A DNA stretch of 64,000 nt, taken from NCBI GenBank assembly GCA_029882995.1, contig JAOUJV010000003.1, forward strand, positions 373-64,372, in the 5' to 3' direction. Source of the stretch: Gammaproteobacteria bacterium (GTDB lineage: Bacteria; Pseudomonadota; Gammaproteobacteria; DAOVJZ01). Position numbers and translations under genes: made by a program. This document shows, one piece after another, positions 63,832 to 64,000 of the stretch (its first letter is position 1; each line of letters begins with the position of its first letter). Below the pieces are notes generated by a model. The model was not told the DNA's origin. It saw only the letters and a list, made by a program, of their open reading frames with translations, and did no database searches.

Positions 63832-63901
63832 ATCTAGATAGTGTAACTGTCTGTGGATATACTTCCAGTGTTATCATAGTAAATGTATTAGAATAGACCA
63901 C

Positions 63902-64000
63902 ATGAAAACAGAGTGGAAAGAATTCCTTGAAAATGCCGGTGCCATTATTGAAGACGGTATTGTTGTCCATTTCGGAAACCGTGAACGTGAACGTCAGGTT
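63902..64000 (+). CDS. Truncated ORF starting at the window edge, possibly a YgfZ-like folate-binding tRNA-modification protein
   Basis: Only 33 codons are visible (MKTEWKEFLENAGAIIEDGIVVHFGNRERERQV). The call relies on synteny with sdhE/ygfX. Confidence 0.25.
   Translation, partial: MKTEWKEFLENAGAIIEDGIVVHFGNRERERQV

Noticed and set aside
1-64000. CRISPR arrays, rRNA, tRNA, IS elements or transposases
   Set aside because: No regularly spaced direct repeats, no rRNA-like or tRNA-like conserved blocks, and no transposase or integrase ORFs were found anywhere in the window.

Overview
The window looks like a 64-kb gammaproteobacterial chromosomal segment: core housekeeping synteny interrupted by accessory modules. 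All protein-family calls come from reading the translations; no database search was run. Core blocks: rpsO-pnp, rimP-nusA-infB-rbfA-truB, an 11-gene type II secretion operon (gspDEF-C-GHIJKLM), rlmD/cysM, acpS-pdxJ-recO-era-rnc-DUF4845-lepB-lepA, rpoE-rseABC-degP (algU/mucABCD-like, divergent from nadB), and sdhCDAB-sdhE-ygfX. Accessory or unusual content:
- a DabB/DabA-like pair at the left edge, an inferred inorganic-carbon pump with DabA truncated by the window
- a tight operon of a six-EF-hand secreted protein, an ECF sigma, an anti-sigma and a secreted His-rich protein
- a tonB-TBDR-BNR beta-propeller-redoxin operon
- RegB/RegA
- an isolated PEP-CTERM protein
- an MFP + ABC ATPase + two FtsX-type permeases exporter placed directly after gspM, with REP-like palindromes at both ends
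- a 430-bp intergenic region dense in stem-loops followed by an AT-rich 413-aa orphan gene
- a second AT-rich module: TonB-dependent receptor, periplasmic binding protein and Hpt-containing hybrid histidine kinase.
No tRNA, rRNA or CRISPR array was recognised.
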